Part shown: in pieces, positions 1 through 6,953 of the stretch | Numbering within the stretch: the stretch's first letter is position 1 | Layout of the letters: each line of letters opens with the position of its first letter | NCBI GenBank assembly: GCA_030753015.1 | Contig: JASMDC010000055.1 | Location: 1-16,847, forward strand | Origin: Candidatus Undinarchaeales archaeon | GTDB taxonomy: Archaea > SpSt-1190 > JASMDC01 | Direction: 5' to 3' | Length of the DNA: 16,847 nucleotides | The notes under the pieces: model-generated | Told to the model about the DNA's origin: nothing | Seen by the model: the letters and a program-made list of their open reading frames with translations, nothing else | The model's database searches: none | Translations under genes and position numbers: made by a program

Positions 1-79
1 TGCGCCGGACGATATTTAACTGATTCCATACAGTTCTTCAAGAACATGACACGGGCGTTCGTATTCAAGGGGACGTTGG

Positions 80-409
80 TCACACCGAGGGCTCTACCTT
101 GGGCACGGACACGCCGCACGCCTTCATCTTCTCCTTGATGTCCCTTCGAAGGATCGGTACGTCGTAGTCATAGATGTCAGGAAGCTCCAGGTTCACGACC
201 TTGGAATAGAAGGCCGGGAATCTTTCGCGTATCCAGCTAGCTTGTTCTTTCTCGAACACGCAGATACGGTCCGCCCACCGCAACAATTCCTTGGTGACAG
301 GACGCTCGTCAGAACGGATACCGGCATACATCCCACCGTACATCTCCGCTGCCGTTCTGCTCCGGTTCTCGGCGGCGTTGCAGACGAACAGGAGGTTTGA
401 ACCAGACAT
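80..409 (-). CDS. Low-molecular-weight protein-tyrosine-phosphatase-like protein (COG4551-like), 109 aa
   Basis: Starts MSGSNLLFVCNAAENRSRTA, a C-x5-R-S P-loop after a hydrophobic beta strand. Later WADRICVFE and LELPDIYDY match the small LMW-PTP/arsenate-reductase fold. ATG at 409 lies 5 nt after the upstream stop (415-417). Confidence 0.8.
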   Translation of the reverse strand: MSGSNLLFVCNAAENRSRTAAEMYGGMYAGIRSDERPVTKELLRWADRICVFEKEQASWIRERFPAFYSKVVNLELPDIYDYDVPILRRDIKEKMKACGVSVPKVEPSV

Positions 410-414
410 GGCCC

Positions 415-1152
415 CTATCCTGTGTACACCCTCGCCACACCTCTTCCTGCAGGCGTCAAGGAGACGCTGGCCTCTTTTCCCTTCTTCTCCTTCGTGATCG
501 CGCCCCACTCGCCCAGCCCTTCGAGGGTCCGCTGCATCTCCGTACGGGCGGCCTTGTACTTGTTGTCGTTGGGCGGGAAGTGCTTGTTCTCGACGATCTC
601 AACGAGTTCCCTGATGGAGGGGACTGTGCCGCCGCTCTTGTAGACGGCGTTGACGACCTCGAGCTCGCGCTTCACCAGTCGACGCAGGGGCATGACAGGG
701 ACCGAGCCGAAATCGTCGCCACCGATCTTCTTGAAGAAACCGTCGGGCGTCTTCATGGTCTTGTCCTTTGCTGTGTGGATGACCCGTGTCCGCTCGTTAC
801 CCACCATGCTGGCGGCGAACACGGCGGGGATGATGGCCTCCCGCGGCCCGTTGGAGATGTTCACGAACACGTCGCAGTCCTCATCCTTCTTCTCGCGCAC
901 GATTCGCCCTACCGCGCCGAACACGTGCTCGAACGACCACTTGTCGATGGTGACCTCGTGGTATGTGTGGGTTCCGCCGATGAACTCCTTGACGTGGGCG
1001 GCGCAGGCCTGCTCCTTCTCGTCGTGCTCGTGCGAGACGAGCATGTGAATCTCGTTGGGTAAAAGCGACTTAATCTGACGTTCGATGTACTCGGTGTAGT
1101 AGCCGCAGATGACGATGAGACATCGCTTTGTCGGGACGATAGCGGTAGGCAT
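415..1152 (-). CDS. CARF-like Rossmann domain plus C-terminal winged-helix transcriptional regulator (Csa3/DUF6293-like), 245 aa
   Basis: VFVNISNGPREAIIPAVFAASM resembles CARF motif II (v-N-x-S/T-x-G-x-R/K). The C-terminus RELEVVNAVYKSGGTVPSIRELVE...MQRTLEGLGEWGAITKEKKGKEASVSLTPAGR is a MarR-type wHTH. ATG 1152 was chosen over 1176 because of the GGGGAAG RBS and the TATA position. Confidence 0.72.
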   Translation of the reverse strand: MPTAIVPTKRCLIVICGYYTEYIERQIKSLLPNEIHMLVSHEHDEKEQACAAHVKEFIGGTHTYHEVTIDKWSFEHVFGAVGRIVREKKDEDCDVFVNISNGPREAIIPAVFAASMVGNERTRVIHTAKDKTMKTPDGFFKKIGGDDFGSVPVMPLRRLVKRELEVVNAVYKSGGTVPSIRELVEIVENKHFPPNDNKYKAARTEMQRTLEGLGEWGAITKEKKGKEASVSLTPAGRGVARVYTG

Positions 1153-1182
1153 TGGTACTTCCCCGATGCGATGCATGCAGTC

Positions 1183-1262
1183 CGATAATAAAAACCTGAC
1201 GTGAACAACGTGCTAGAACGTGTAACTATTTTTCGTACGCGTTCGAAAAAAGGCTTTATAGC
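1183..1262. promoter_or_regulatory. Divergent archaeal promoter region with operator
   Basis: + strand: A-rich BRE (GAAAAAAGG) then TTTATA at 1255-1260, about 23 nt before GTG 1283. - strand: TTTTTATTAT at 1185-1194. Near-perfect 22-bp palindrome TTTTTCGTACGCGTTCGAAAAA at 1229-1250. ACGTG repeated at 1199, 1208 and 1218. Confidence 0.7.
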
Positions 1263-1282
1263 GCCGCGAGAAGATAGGCCCC

Positions 1283-1585
1283 GTGGTGAACGAACTGCAC
1301 TGGACCGATCCCCGGAGGGCCTTCGCGCGCTACAATGCGTACTTGCATGAGCTCGGGTTCCCCTTCAGAGGGCGGGACCTGTACATCTTCTACGGGCTCT
1401 CGGCTTGGGCTGGGATCAACATCGCCCTCCTCTTCGACGTTGTCGTGGGCCGCTCGCCCAGCGGCAGCGAGATGGCGGTGACGTCCCTGGCTGCGTACTC
1501 CCTCATCATGATGGTGACCCTTCCGTTCCTGAAGGCGGAGGGCTTCATCGGCGTGGGATCACAGGGCGAGAGCGTGGACGTGTAG
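1283..1585 (+). CDS. Small membrane protein with two predicted TM helices, 100 aa
   Basis: Hydrophobic stretches LYIFYGLSAWAGINIALLFDVVV and MAVTSLAAYSLIMMVTLPFL. The GTG start is positioned for leaderless translation from TATA 1255. Confidence 0.65.
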   Translation: MVNELHWTDPRRAFARYNAYLHELGFPFRGRDLYIFYGLSAWAGINIALLFDVVVGRSPSGSEMAVTSLAAYSLIMMVTLPFLKAEGFIGVGSQGESVDV

Positions 1586-1594
1586 GTGATCGAC

Positions 1595-1729
1595 ATGTTA
1601 GTAGTAACATCTACGAAGGCGGCGTGGTGGCCTCGGTCCGTCCCACCGCCACCGGTACCGAGTGGACCCCGTGAGCCGGACGAGCTGCCCGAGCGCTGGG
1701 AGGAAGAGGACGACGACGGAACGGAGTGA
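1595..1729 (+). CDS. Small Pro-rich/acidic protein, 44 aa (absent from ORF track)
   Basis: Archaeal SD AGGTGAT (1584-1590) before ATG 1595. Translates MLVVTSTKAAWWPRSVPPPPVPSGPREPDELPERWEEEDDDGTE and fills the gap between its neighbours. Confidence 0.5.
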   Translation: MLVVTSTKAAWWPRSVPPPPVPSGPREPDELPERWEEEDDDGTE

Positions 1730-1736
1730 TGTGACC

Positions 1737-1928
1737 ATGACGAGCATGAACGATATCAAGGGAGCGATCAAGGAGGCGGCCCGCAAGGTCGCAAAGGAGA
1801 ACGGCTGGACGTACCGCGAGTCGGCGGAGATGGTCAAGGACCTGACCCTCGGGATGATCGAGGGCACCGTAGAGATCCTCACCCAACCTGAAGTGCGGGA
1901 CGGTTGCTGCGGCCCCGACTGCGACTAG
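1737..1928 (+). CDS. Small helical protein with Cys-rich tail, 63 aa
   Basis: SD GGAGTGA before ATG 1737. MTSMNDIKGAIKEAARKVAKENGWTYRESAEMVKDL...DGCCGPDCD, with GC3-biased codons. Confidence 0.6.
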   Translation: MTSMNDIKGAIKEAARKVAKENGWTYRESAEMVKDLTLGMIEGTVEILTQPEVRDGCCGPDCD

Positions 1929-1950
1929 CGACGAAGGGGGACGATCCGTA

Positions 1951-2337
1951 ATGAGCAAAGATGTTGACGAGAAGGGGATGCTAGAGTTGCTCGGTGACCT
2001 GGTCGATGCCTCCTTAGGGATAGTCTGGGCGTCCCTCGAGCTGGCTTACGCGTTCGTCGTGGTCTTTGCGAACGTGACCGGCCTCCTCCCCGGGACCGCG
2101 GATACGACCGAGACATTCTCCCTCGGAAAGAAGGCCACTGTCCACGTCAACGACTTCAGCCCGGACAGGGTCGCGGACATGGCCCCCGTGCTCTGCGAGG
2201 TCGAGGACCAGCTCAAACGCCTCTGCAGCAGCGGCCCTGTCGACGTCACGGTCAGCATAGAGGTCGACGGCGGAGACGTCCCCGTCTGCATCGAGGACTC
2301 TGTCCCAAGCGATTCTTGGTCCCTGTCGCACACGTGA
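1951..2337 (+). CDS. Hypothetical protein, 128 aa, possible N-terminal hydrophobic helix
   Basis: GAAGGGGG RBS and coding-like codon bias. No family recognised. Confidence 0.55.
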   Translation: MSKDVDEKGMLELLGDLVDASLGIVWASLELAYAFVVVFANVTGLLPGTADTTETFSLGKKATVHVNDFSPDRVADMAPVLCEVEDQLKRLCSSGPVDVTVSIEVDGGDVPVCIEDSVPSDSWSLSHT

Positions 2338-2416
2338 TGCTCCCCTGGGGGGAAGGAAACCCGGGGGCCGATGACGGCCGTGGGGACGCCACCGCCCCCC
2401 GGCCCGAGGCCCCCGA

Positions 2417-2475
2417 TGTTCACGTCCCGGCACGTGAAACGAACCGTGTTTCACGTGCTGATAATGCTTTTATTG
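2417..2475 (+). promoter_or_regulatory. Operator inverted repeat and TATA box of the Ubl operon
   Basis: Perfect 11-bp inverted repeat GCACGTGAAAC (2430-2440)-N7-GTTTCACGTGC (2448-2458). Extra half-site TGTTCACGTC (2417-2426). TATA-like TTTTATT at 2468-2474. Confidence 0.7.
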
Positions 2476-2549
2476 CGGCCGAGGCCAACTCCTCATTGAG
2501 CGACGAGGGAGACCCCGTCGCCCCAGATAAAGTGACTCTGGTGAACACT

Positions 2550-2873
2550 ATGGTACAGAACGACGAAAAGACCGTGAAGAAACCGGTCACCGAGCAGAAG
2601 ATGGAAGACGCGCCCACCGCTCCCACGCCGACGGCGACGGATGGCGGCGTCACCCTGCGCGTTGGCGTAGGGCTCTTCCACAAGCCCCGTAACGTGAGCC
2701 TCTCCGGCTCCGAGACCGTGAACGACGTGCGCCATCTCTTAGGTGTGCCCGTCGAGTACGTGGCCGTGGTCCCCGGCAGGGGAGTCGCCGAGGGCGGCTG
2801 CGCTGTGTGCGAGGCAGTCGACGAGGGCGAGGAACTCCTCTTCGTGCCCCTGACCGCCGGCGGATCCCGGTAG
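2550..2873 (+). CDS. Ubiquitin-like (beta-grasp) modifier precursor ending ...LTAGG-SR, 107 aa
   Basis: SD GGTGA at 2540-2544. VTLRVGVG..RNVSLSGSETVNDVRHLLGVP...EELLFVPLTAGG aligns by eye with ubiquitin (TLEVEPSDTIENVK..GIP...TLHLVLRLRGG). Di-Gly at 2859-2864 is followed by Ser-Arg-stop. Sits next to E2 and JAMM genes, with E1 in the same operon. Confidence 0.82.
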   Translation: MVQNDEKTVKKPVTEQKMEDAPTAPTPTATDGGVTLRVGVGLFHKPRNVSLSGSETVNDVRHLLGVPVEYVAVVPGRGVAEGGCAVCEAVDEGEELLFVPLTAGGSR

Positions 2874-2882
2874 GCGGTTGCC

Positions 2883-3803
2883 GTGTCGTCCGTCGCCGAG
2901 GTGAACCTGCGCGAGCGCGTAGCGTCCGCGGTGGAGGCTGCGCTCTCGGCGTTCGCACGGTTGCACGACCGGCCGCTCACCCTGCTCCCCCTCTCGAACG
3001 GGGAGCTGGCGGCACTTGACGCGGAGATCGACGGCGACGCGCAGGTCGGTCCACGTCAGCAGGTGCGGACGCTGGTGCGCAAGGCGGCCGGGAGACCGAT
3101 CATGCTGGTGGCTGGCGCAGGTCCGGTCAAGACCTATACAATGGCCAGGATGGCCCGCGATGCCTACGACCTCTCGCTGTGCATGGCGACGTTCATCGTG
3201 CGCGAGCTCGAGCACCTTCCAGAGGTGCTGGAGGCCGCCCGTCTTGAGAAGCGGTTGGTCGCAGCCAACAACCTGGGCAGGCTGGGATTCCGTGTACAGG
3301 ACGAGCGCGGGTCTCGATTCTCGGGAAAGGTGGAGGTGCGCAAGGGGCCGATCAAGGGGAGCTATAGGATGGATGTGCTCCTCCCGCCCCGGTTCCCCGA
3401 CACCCAGCCGTTCTTCCGGCTGGTCGACGTGCCGCGCCACCCCAACGTCTACGACAGCGGCGACGTGTGCCTGGGCCACTTCGTGTGGAACCCGGCGCTG
3501 GACATCACCGTCCTGGTGGAGCAGGTGCGTCACGTGCTGGAGAACCCGAATTACGAGGACGGATTGCACCGGGAGGGCGACGAAGAACAGGAGGAGCTCT
3601 CGGAGAACAGCGTACGTCTGCTGTCCCTGGTCGCTGAGCTTGTCAGTGAGCGGAAGCCCAGTGTGACCTACGCCGAGATACGGCAGGTGGCCTCGGAGCG
3701 CGGAGGGATGAGCCACGACGAGATCGATGGCGCGATACAAGAGCTCATCACCAGGGGCGAGATCTTCGAGCCCCAAGCTGGAAGGTACCAGCCGCTCATC
3801 TGA
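2883..3803 (+). CDS. Ubiquitin-conjugating enzyme E2 (UBC fold) with N-terminal extension and C-terminal winged-helix domain, 306 aa
   Basis: YRMDVLLPPRFPDTQP...HPNVYDSGDVCLGHFVWNPALDITVLVEQVRHVLENPN matches eukaryotic UBC (FPTDYPFKPP..HPNINSNGSICLDIL..WSPALTI..LLCDPN). HPN at 3438-3446, Cys at 3468-3470. Tail EIDGAIQELITRGEIFEPQAGRYQ resembles the archaeal MCM C-terminal wH. Confidence 0.9.
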   Translation: MSSVAEVNLRERVASAVEAALSAFARLHDRPLTLLPLSNGELAALDAEIDGDAQVGPRQQVRTLVRKAAGRPIMLVAGAGPVKTYTMARMARDAYDLSLCMATFIVRELEHLPEVLEAARLEKRLVAANNLGRLGFRVQDERGSRFSGKVEVRKGPIKGSYRMDVLLPPRFPDTQPFFRLVDVPRHPNVYDSGDVCLGHFVWNPALDITVLVEQVRHVLENPNYEDGLHREGDEEQEELSENSVRLLSLVAELVSERKPSVTYAEIRQVASERGGMSHDEIDGAIQELITRGEIFEPQAGRYQPLI

Positions 3804-3819
3804 ACAGGTAGTGATCCAT

Positions 3820-4290
3820 ATGGGAGAGCTGAAAGAGGGAATTGGCGAGGATAAGGGAGTGGGGATCCCCCACGTCCTCATAGATAGGGACATCGAGCGC
3901 GATATGTATGCCGCTGCCATGGCGCAGTACATCATCAACGGCGGGGAGGCGTCGGGACTCTTGGTAGGCAGGGTTGAGGCGGACGTCGTTACCGTCACGT
4001 CAGCACCCCATATGCCCGGCGAGAGCGAGCACTCCTTCTGTCGCATCCCCCCCCTCACGGCCGCCGAGCTGGCGGCCTCGCTGCCCGACGACGTCGCCGT
4101 GGTCGGCTGGTGGCACTCCCACCCCAGGTTCGCGCGAACGCCGAGCGCCACGGACCTCGCCACCATCGACTCCATGGTGCGGTCGTCACCTCTCGTGGTG
4201 TCGGTAATCGTCGACCCACTGGTCTGCGCAATGGACGTCTACATCACCGACGACAGCGGGACATGGCACGTGGATGGAGGGTACGGGTGA
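3820..4290 (+). CDS. JAMM/MPN+ (JAB) metallo-isopeptidase, Rpn11-like, 156 aa
   Basis: EASGLLVG ... VVGWWHSHPRFARTPSATD ... VVSVIVDP is a complete E-xn-H-S-H-x7-S-x2-D JAMM motif. GGTAGTGA RBS before ATG 3820. Confidence 0.92.
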   Translation: MGELKEGIGEDKGVGIPHVLIDRDIERDMYAAAMAQYIINGGEASGLLVGRVEADVVTVTSAPHMPGESEHSFCRIPPLTAAELAASLPDDVAVVGWWHSHPRFARTPSATDLATIDSMVRSSPLVVSVIVDPLVCAMDVYITDDSGTWHVDGGYG

Positions 4291-6953
4291 TGCCGAGTCT
4301 CGCTAGGCTGGCGCTTGACCGGGAACGTTCGCGGGCGCGGTCCAATAACAGGGGCGGGACGGAGCCATCTCTTGGTAGTCTGCTCGCGTTAGTTAGCAAT
4401 GAAATGGAACAAATCCCGGAGATCGAGCTCGGGGGGGAGGAGGTTGCGGACACGTCGCGCGAGCTCGCAGAGGCGCTCGGCCGCAACGATTATCGAGAAG
4501 CTATCATATTCCTAGTGATCCTGGTAAGGATGACCCGATCGATCATCGAGAGAAGTGGAGCGCATGAGATGCAACCGATAAACGGCTCGGTGGTCCGCTC
4601 GCTCCTCCGGTCCACTGAAGAGCTCGAGTGGATCCACGGCGATGGTGACGATCTCCCAGGAAAGCTCGTGTTCCGCCTGGACGAGGGTCTAGTAACGGGA
4701 ACCGAGCGTGCATTGGAGAACGAGGACCCCCGCGTGGTGGAGTACTGGAGGGCCTCCGGCCGCTGGCTCGAAGAGAGCGCTAATCCCGACCACGGGGAGA
4801 GGCCGAGGTGGCCGGAGGGATCCGACCCGACCGTGCCGCGACCTGGGCTCCCGCTCTCCTTCCTGTGCACGGCCCACGCGTGGGCCTTGGCGGCCATCCT
4901 GCGCTCCTGCTCTACACTCCGACGGGGGCGGTACCTCGTCTACCTGCAACTGCTCCACCCTCTCGCTGTGTCGCTCGACCTGCTGCGCCAGCTCGATGAC
5001 GAGCACGACAGGTACCTGACAGTGAGGGATGGCGAGGATGAGGATGGCATCTTCTTCCACGAGGCGCTCGACGTGCTCGCCCGTGAACGGGCCTCTTTGG
5101 AGAGAGTTGTGGCAGACCACCTCTCCTCGCTCTACGGCCTCGAGAGGCTAGAGTTCATCCCGCCCCTCTGGCTTGAGGGGCAAGTGAACATCGAGAGGCC
5201 GCGCCCCGCTGGCAGGGAACGTAATGTCGGGCATCCGGTGACCGAATCGGCCAGCCGCATTACGGTCTTTCTGGCGAGCCGGGACCTTGCAGGCTCGGTG
5301 GAATCGCTTGCCCGGGCCTGCGCTGCTACGACGGACGCGCTCGACCCGGTCCACGGCGTCCCGTGGCACAGGAGGACCCACTTGGCGGACAGGTTGAGGT
5401 CGACCGCGTGCGACATCGCCTGGGGGATGAACCGCATCCAGAACAGCGGGGGAGTGGTCGCTGACATGGCGACGATAACCCGCTTCCTCAGGCACGTGGA
5501 GGGAAGGACGGACAACAGCTATGGATCGCCCATCGCGTGGACCCTCGACGCCTTCAGGATGCTGGCCGAAGAACACTTGCTGGCGATGGCCGACGCTCTC
5601 GATCCGCCTTCGGCCGGCGAGGTGGGAGTCCGACCCGACCATACCCAGTTCGGCGGCATCCCCTACCAGTTCTCGTCGGGTGTAGCACTCTCAAGAGCGC
5701 GCGAGCACCTCCGCCGGTATGACGGTCCACTTTCGTCGGAAGGTCTCGGCGGGGACTGGGGCGAGGAAGAGGGTGCTCGGCTTCTAGCCGCTCTCCGGGA
5801 GCTGGTCCGGTCGCGTGATGGGCTGGCCGCCGCCATCGACATGATGATCGCGCGGGAGAACGAGGACATGACACATCTCACCGACGGCCACGTGCTCTGG
5901 GGGGACGGGCTGGCGGCCGTGCCGCGCCTGGAGCCGGTGTCCGAGGAAACACACCGTGATGAGGGGGGGACGCTCGAACGGACCGTCCGGAACGCCGTCG
6001 CGCTCGAAGACGGCACGGGCATGCTCCACTATGTGTACCCACGCTTCATCGACCGGGCGCTGGACATCATCGAGGAGCGCGGGAACGATATCCGCCCCCT
6101 CGGGACGAGCGGCTCTGGTGAGCTGGTGATCGAGATCAACGGCCGGGTGGTGACCGCTCACCGCAACCTCGACTACTACACATGCTCGTGCGAGGACTCG
6201 CACTACCGTTCAGCAGAGGACCGACACTTGTGCAAGCACGTGGCGGTCGCGGCCATCCTGTTCGGTGACTTCGAGCTGCGAGAGGATCTGCACCTGCAGC
6301 GGGCAGAGGCCCTCTCCACACAGTTCTCTGACATCAGGGAGCGGGTGCTCGCCGAGCGCGGTGGCCGTGCCGATCATCTCAGGCAGACCGTACTGCGACA
6401 GCTGGTGGGGACGACGGACAGGAACGGAATTGAACTCCGTCAACGTCGGGCTGAGCTGCATGATCGCATCCGGAACCTTGAGGTACAGCGTATGGAGACG
6501 CCCCTCCACAACCAAGAACTACGCCGGGAGCTCCGGCAGGAGCTGGAGCGATACAACCTCGAGCTCGAGTCCATCAACAGACCGCTGGAAGGGGCGGGGC
6601 CGGCCAGGCGCAGGCCCGGCGAGGTGCCAAGGAGGGGGGGACCGGACGTTCTGGAGGGGCAGAGGGAGATTCTCAGGACCAGGATCATGGACATCCAAGC
6701 GAATATCGAAGAGATCAACGCGCGGATAAGGGGAGAGGAACCCGAGGTTCTCGAAGGTAACGAGCGCCGGGAACTCATTCGCCAGCAGGCGTCCCTTGAG
6801 CAAGAGCTAGCACGGTCAAGGCACCGGTTGGAAGACGTCCAGCACCAGCTCCAGCGGTCCGAGGCCCACGGTCGCTCCGGACCGGTCACGCGAGCAGTAG
6901 TGCGGGCGCCACCAGGGATGTGGGAGTGCGCGCCACCGGGGGAGGGGAGCTGA
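4290..6953 (+). CDS. Large protein: uncharacterised helical domain, SWIM zinc finger, coiled coil and WECxPP tail, 887 aa
   Basis: TGATG overlap with the JAMM stop. SWIM YTCSCEDSHYRSAEDRHLCKH (6183-6239). Heptad-rich C-terminus. Only 2 Lys. Confidence 0.8.
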   Translation: MPSLARLALDRERSRARSNNRGGTEPSLGSLLALVSNEMEQIPEIELGGEEVADTSRELAEALGRNDYREAIIFLVILVRMTRSIIERSGAHEMQPINGSVVRSLLRSTEELEWIHGDGDDLPGKLVFRLDEGLVTGTERALENEDPRVVEYWRASGRWLEESANPDHGERPRWPEGSDPTVPRPGLPLSFLCTAHAWALAAILRSCSTLRRGRYLVYLQLLHPLAVSLDLLRQLDDEHDRYLTVRDGEDEDGIFFHEALDVLARERASLERVVADHLSSLYGLERLEFIPPLWLEGQVNIERPRPAGRERNVGHPVTESASRITVFLASRDLAGSVESLARACAATTDALDPVHGVPWHRRTHLADRLRSTACDIAWGMNRIQNSGGVVADMATITRFLRHVEGRTDNSYGSPIAWTLDAFRMLAEEHLLAMADALDPPSAGEVGVRPDHTQFGGIPYQFSSGVALSRAREHLRRYDGPLSSEGLGGDWGEEEGARLLAALRELVRSRDGLAAAIDMMIARENEDMTHLTDGHVLWGDGLAAVPRLEPVSEETHRDEGGTLERTVRNAVALEDGTGMLHYVYPRFIDRALDIIEERGNDIRPLGTSGSGELVIEINGRVVTAHRNLDYYTCSCEDSHYRSAEDRHLCKHVAVAAILFGDFELREDLHLQRAEALSTQFSDIRERVLAERGGRADHLRQTVLRQLVGTTDRNGIELRQRRAELHDRIRNLEVQRMETPLHNQELRRELRQELERYNLELESINRPLEGAGPARRRPGEVPRRGGPDVLEGQREILRTRIMDIQANIEEINARIRGEEPEVLEGNERRELIRQQASLEQELARSRHRLEDVQHQLQRSEAHGRSGPVTRAVVRAPPGMWECAPPGEGS

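Noticed and set aside
2338-2415. G/C-run-rich segment as terminator or hairpin
   Set aside because: Only short imperfect stems and no oligo-T tract, so it cannot be distinguished from chance at this GC content.
2316-2549. N-terminal extension of the Ubl ORF (185-aa call)
   Set aside because: The region contains the operator and TATA box. The GGTGA SD supports ATG 2550.
2739-4175. 478-aa minus-strand ORF
   Set aside because: Antisense shadow of the Ubl, E2 and JAMM genes, which carry clear motifs. It has no recognisable domain itself.
4110-4289. N-terminal extension of the 947-aa ORF
   Set aside because: Overlaps the JAMM active-site coding region. TGATG coupling and a GGAGGG RBS support ATG 4290.
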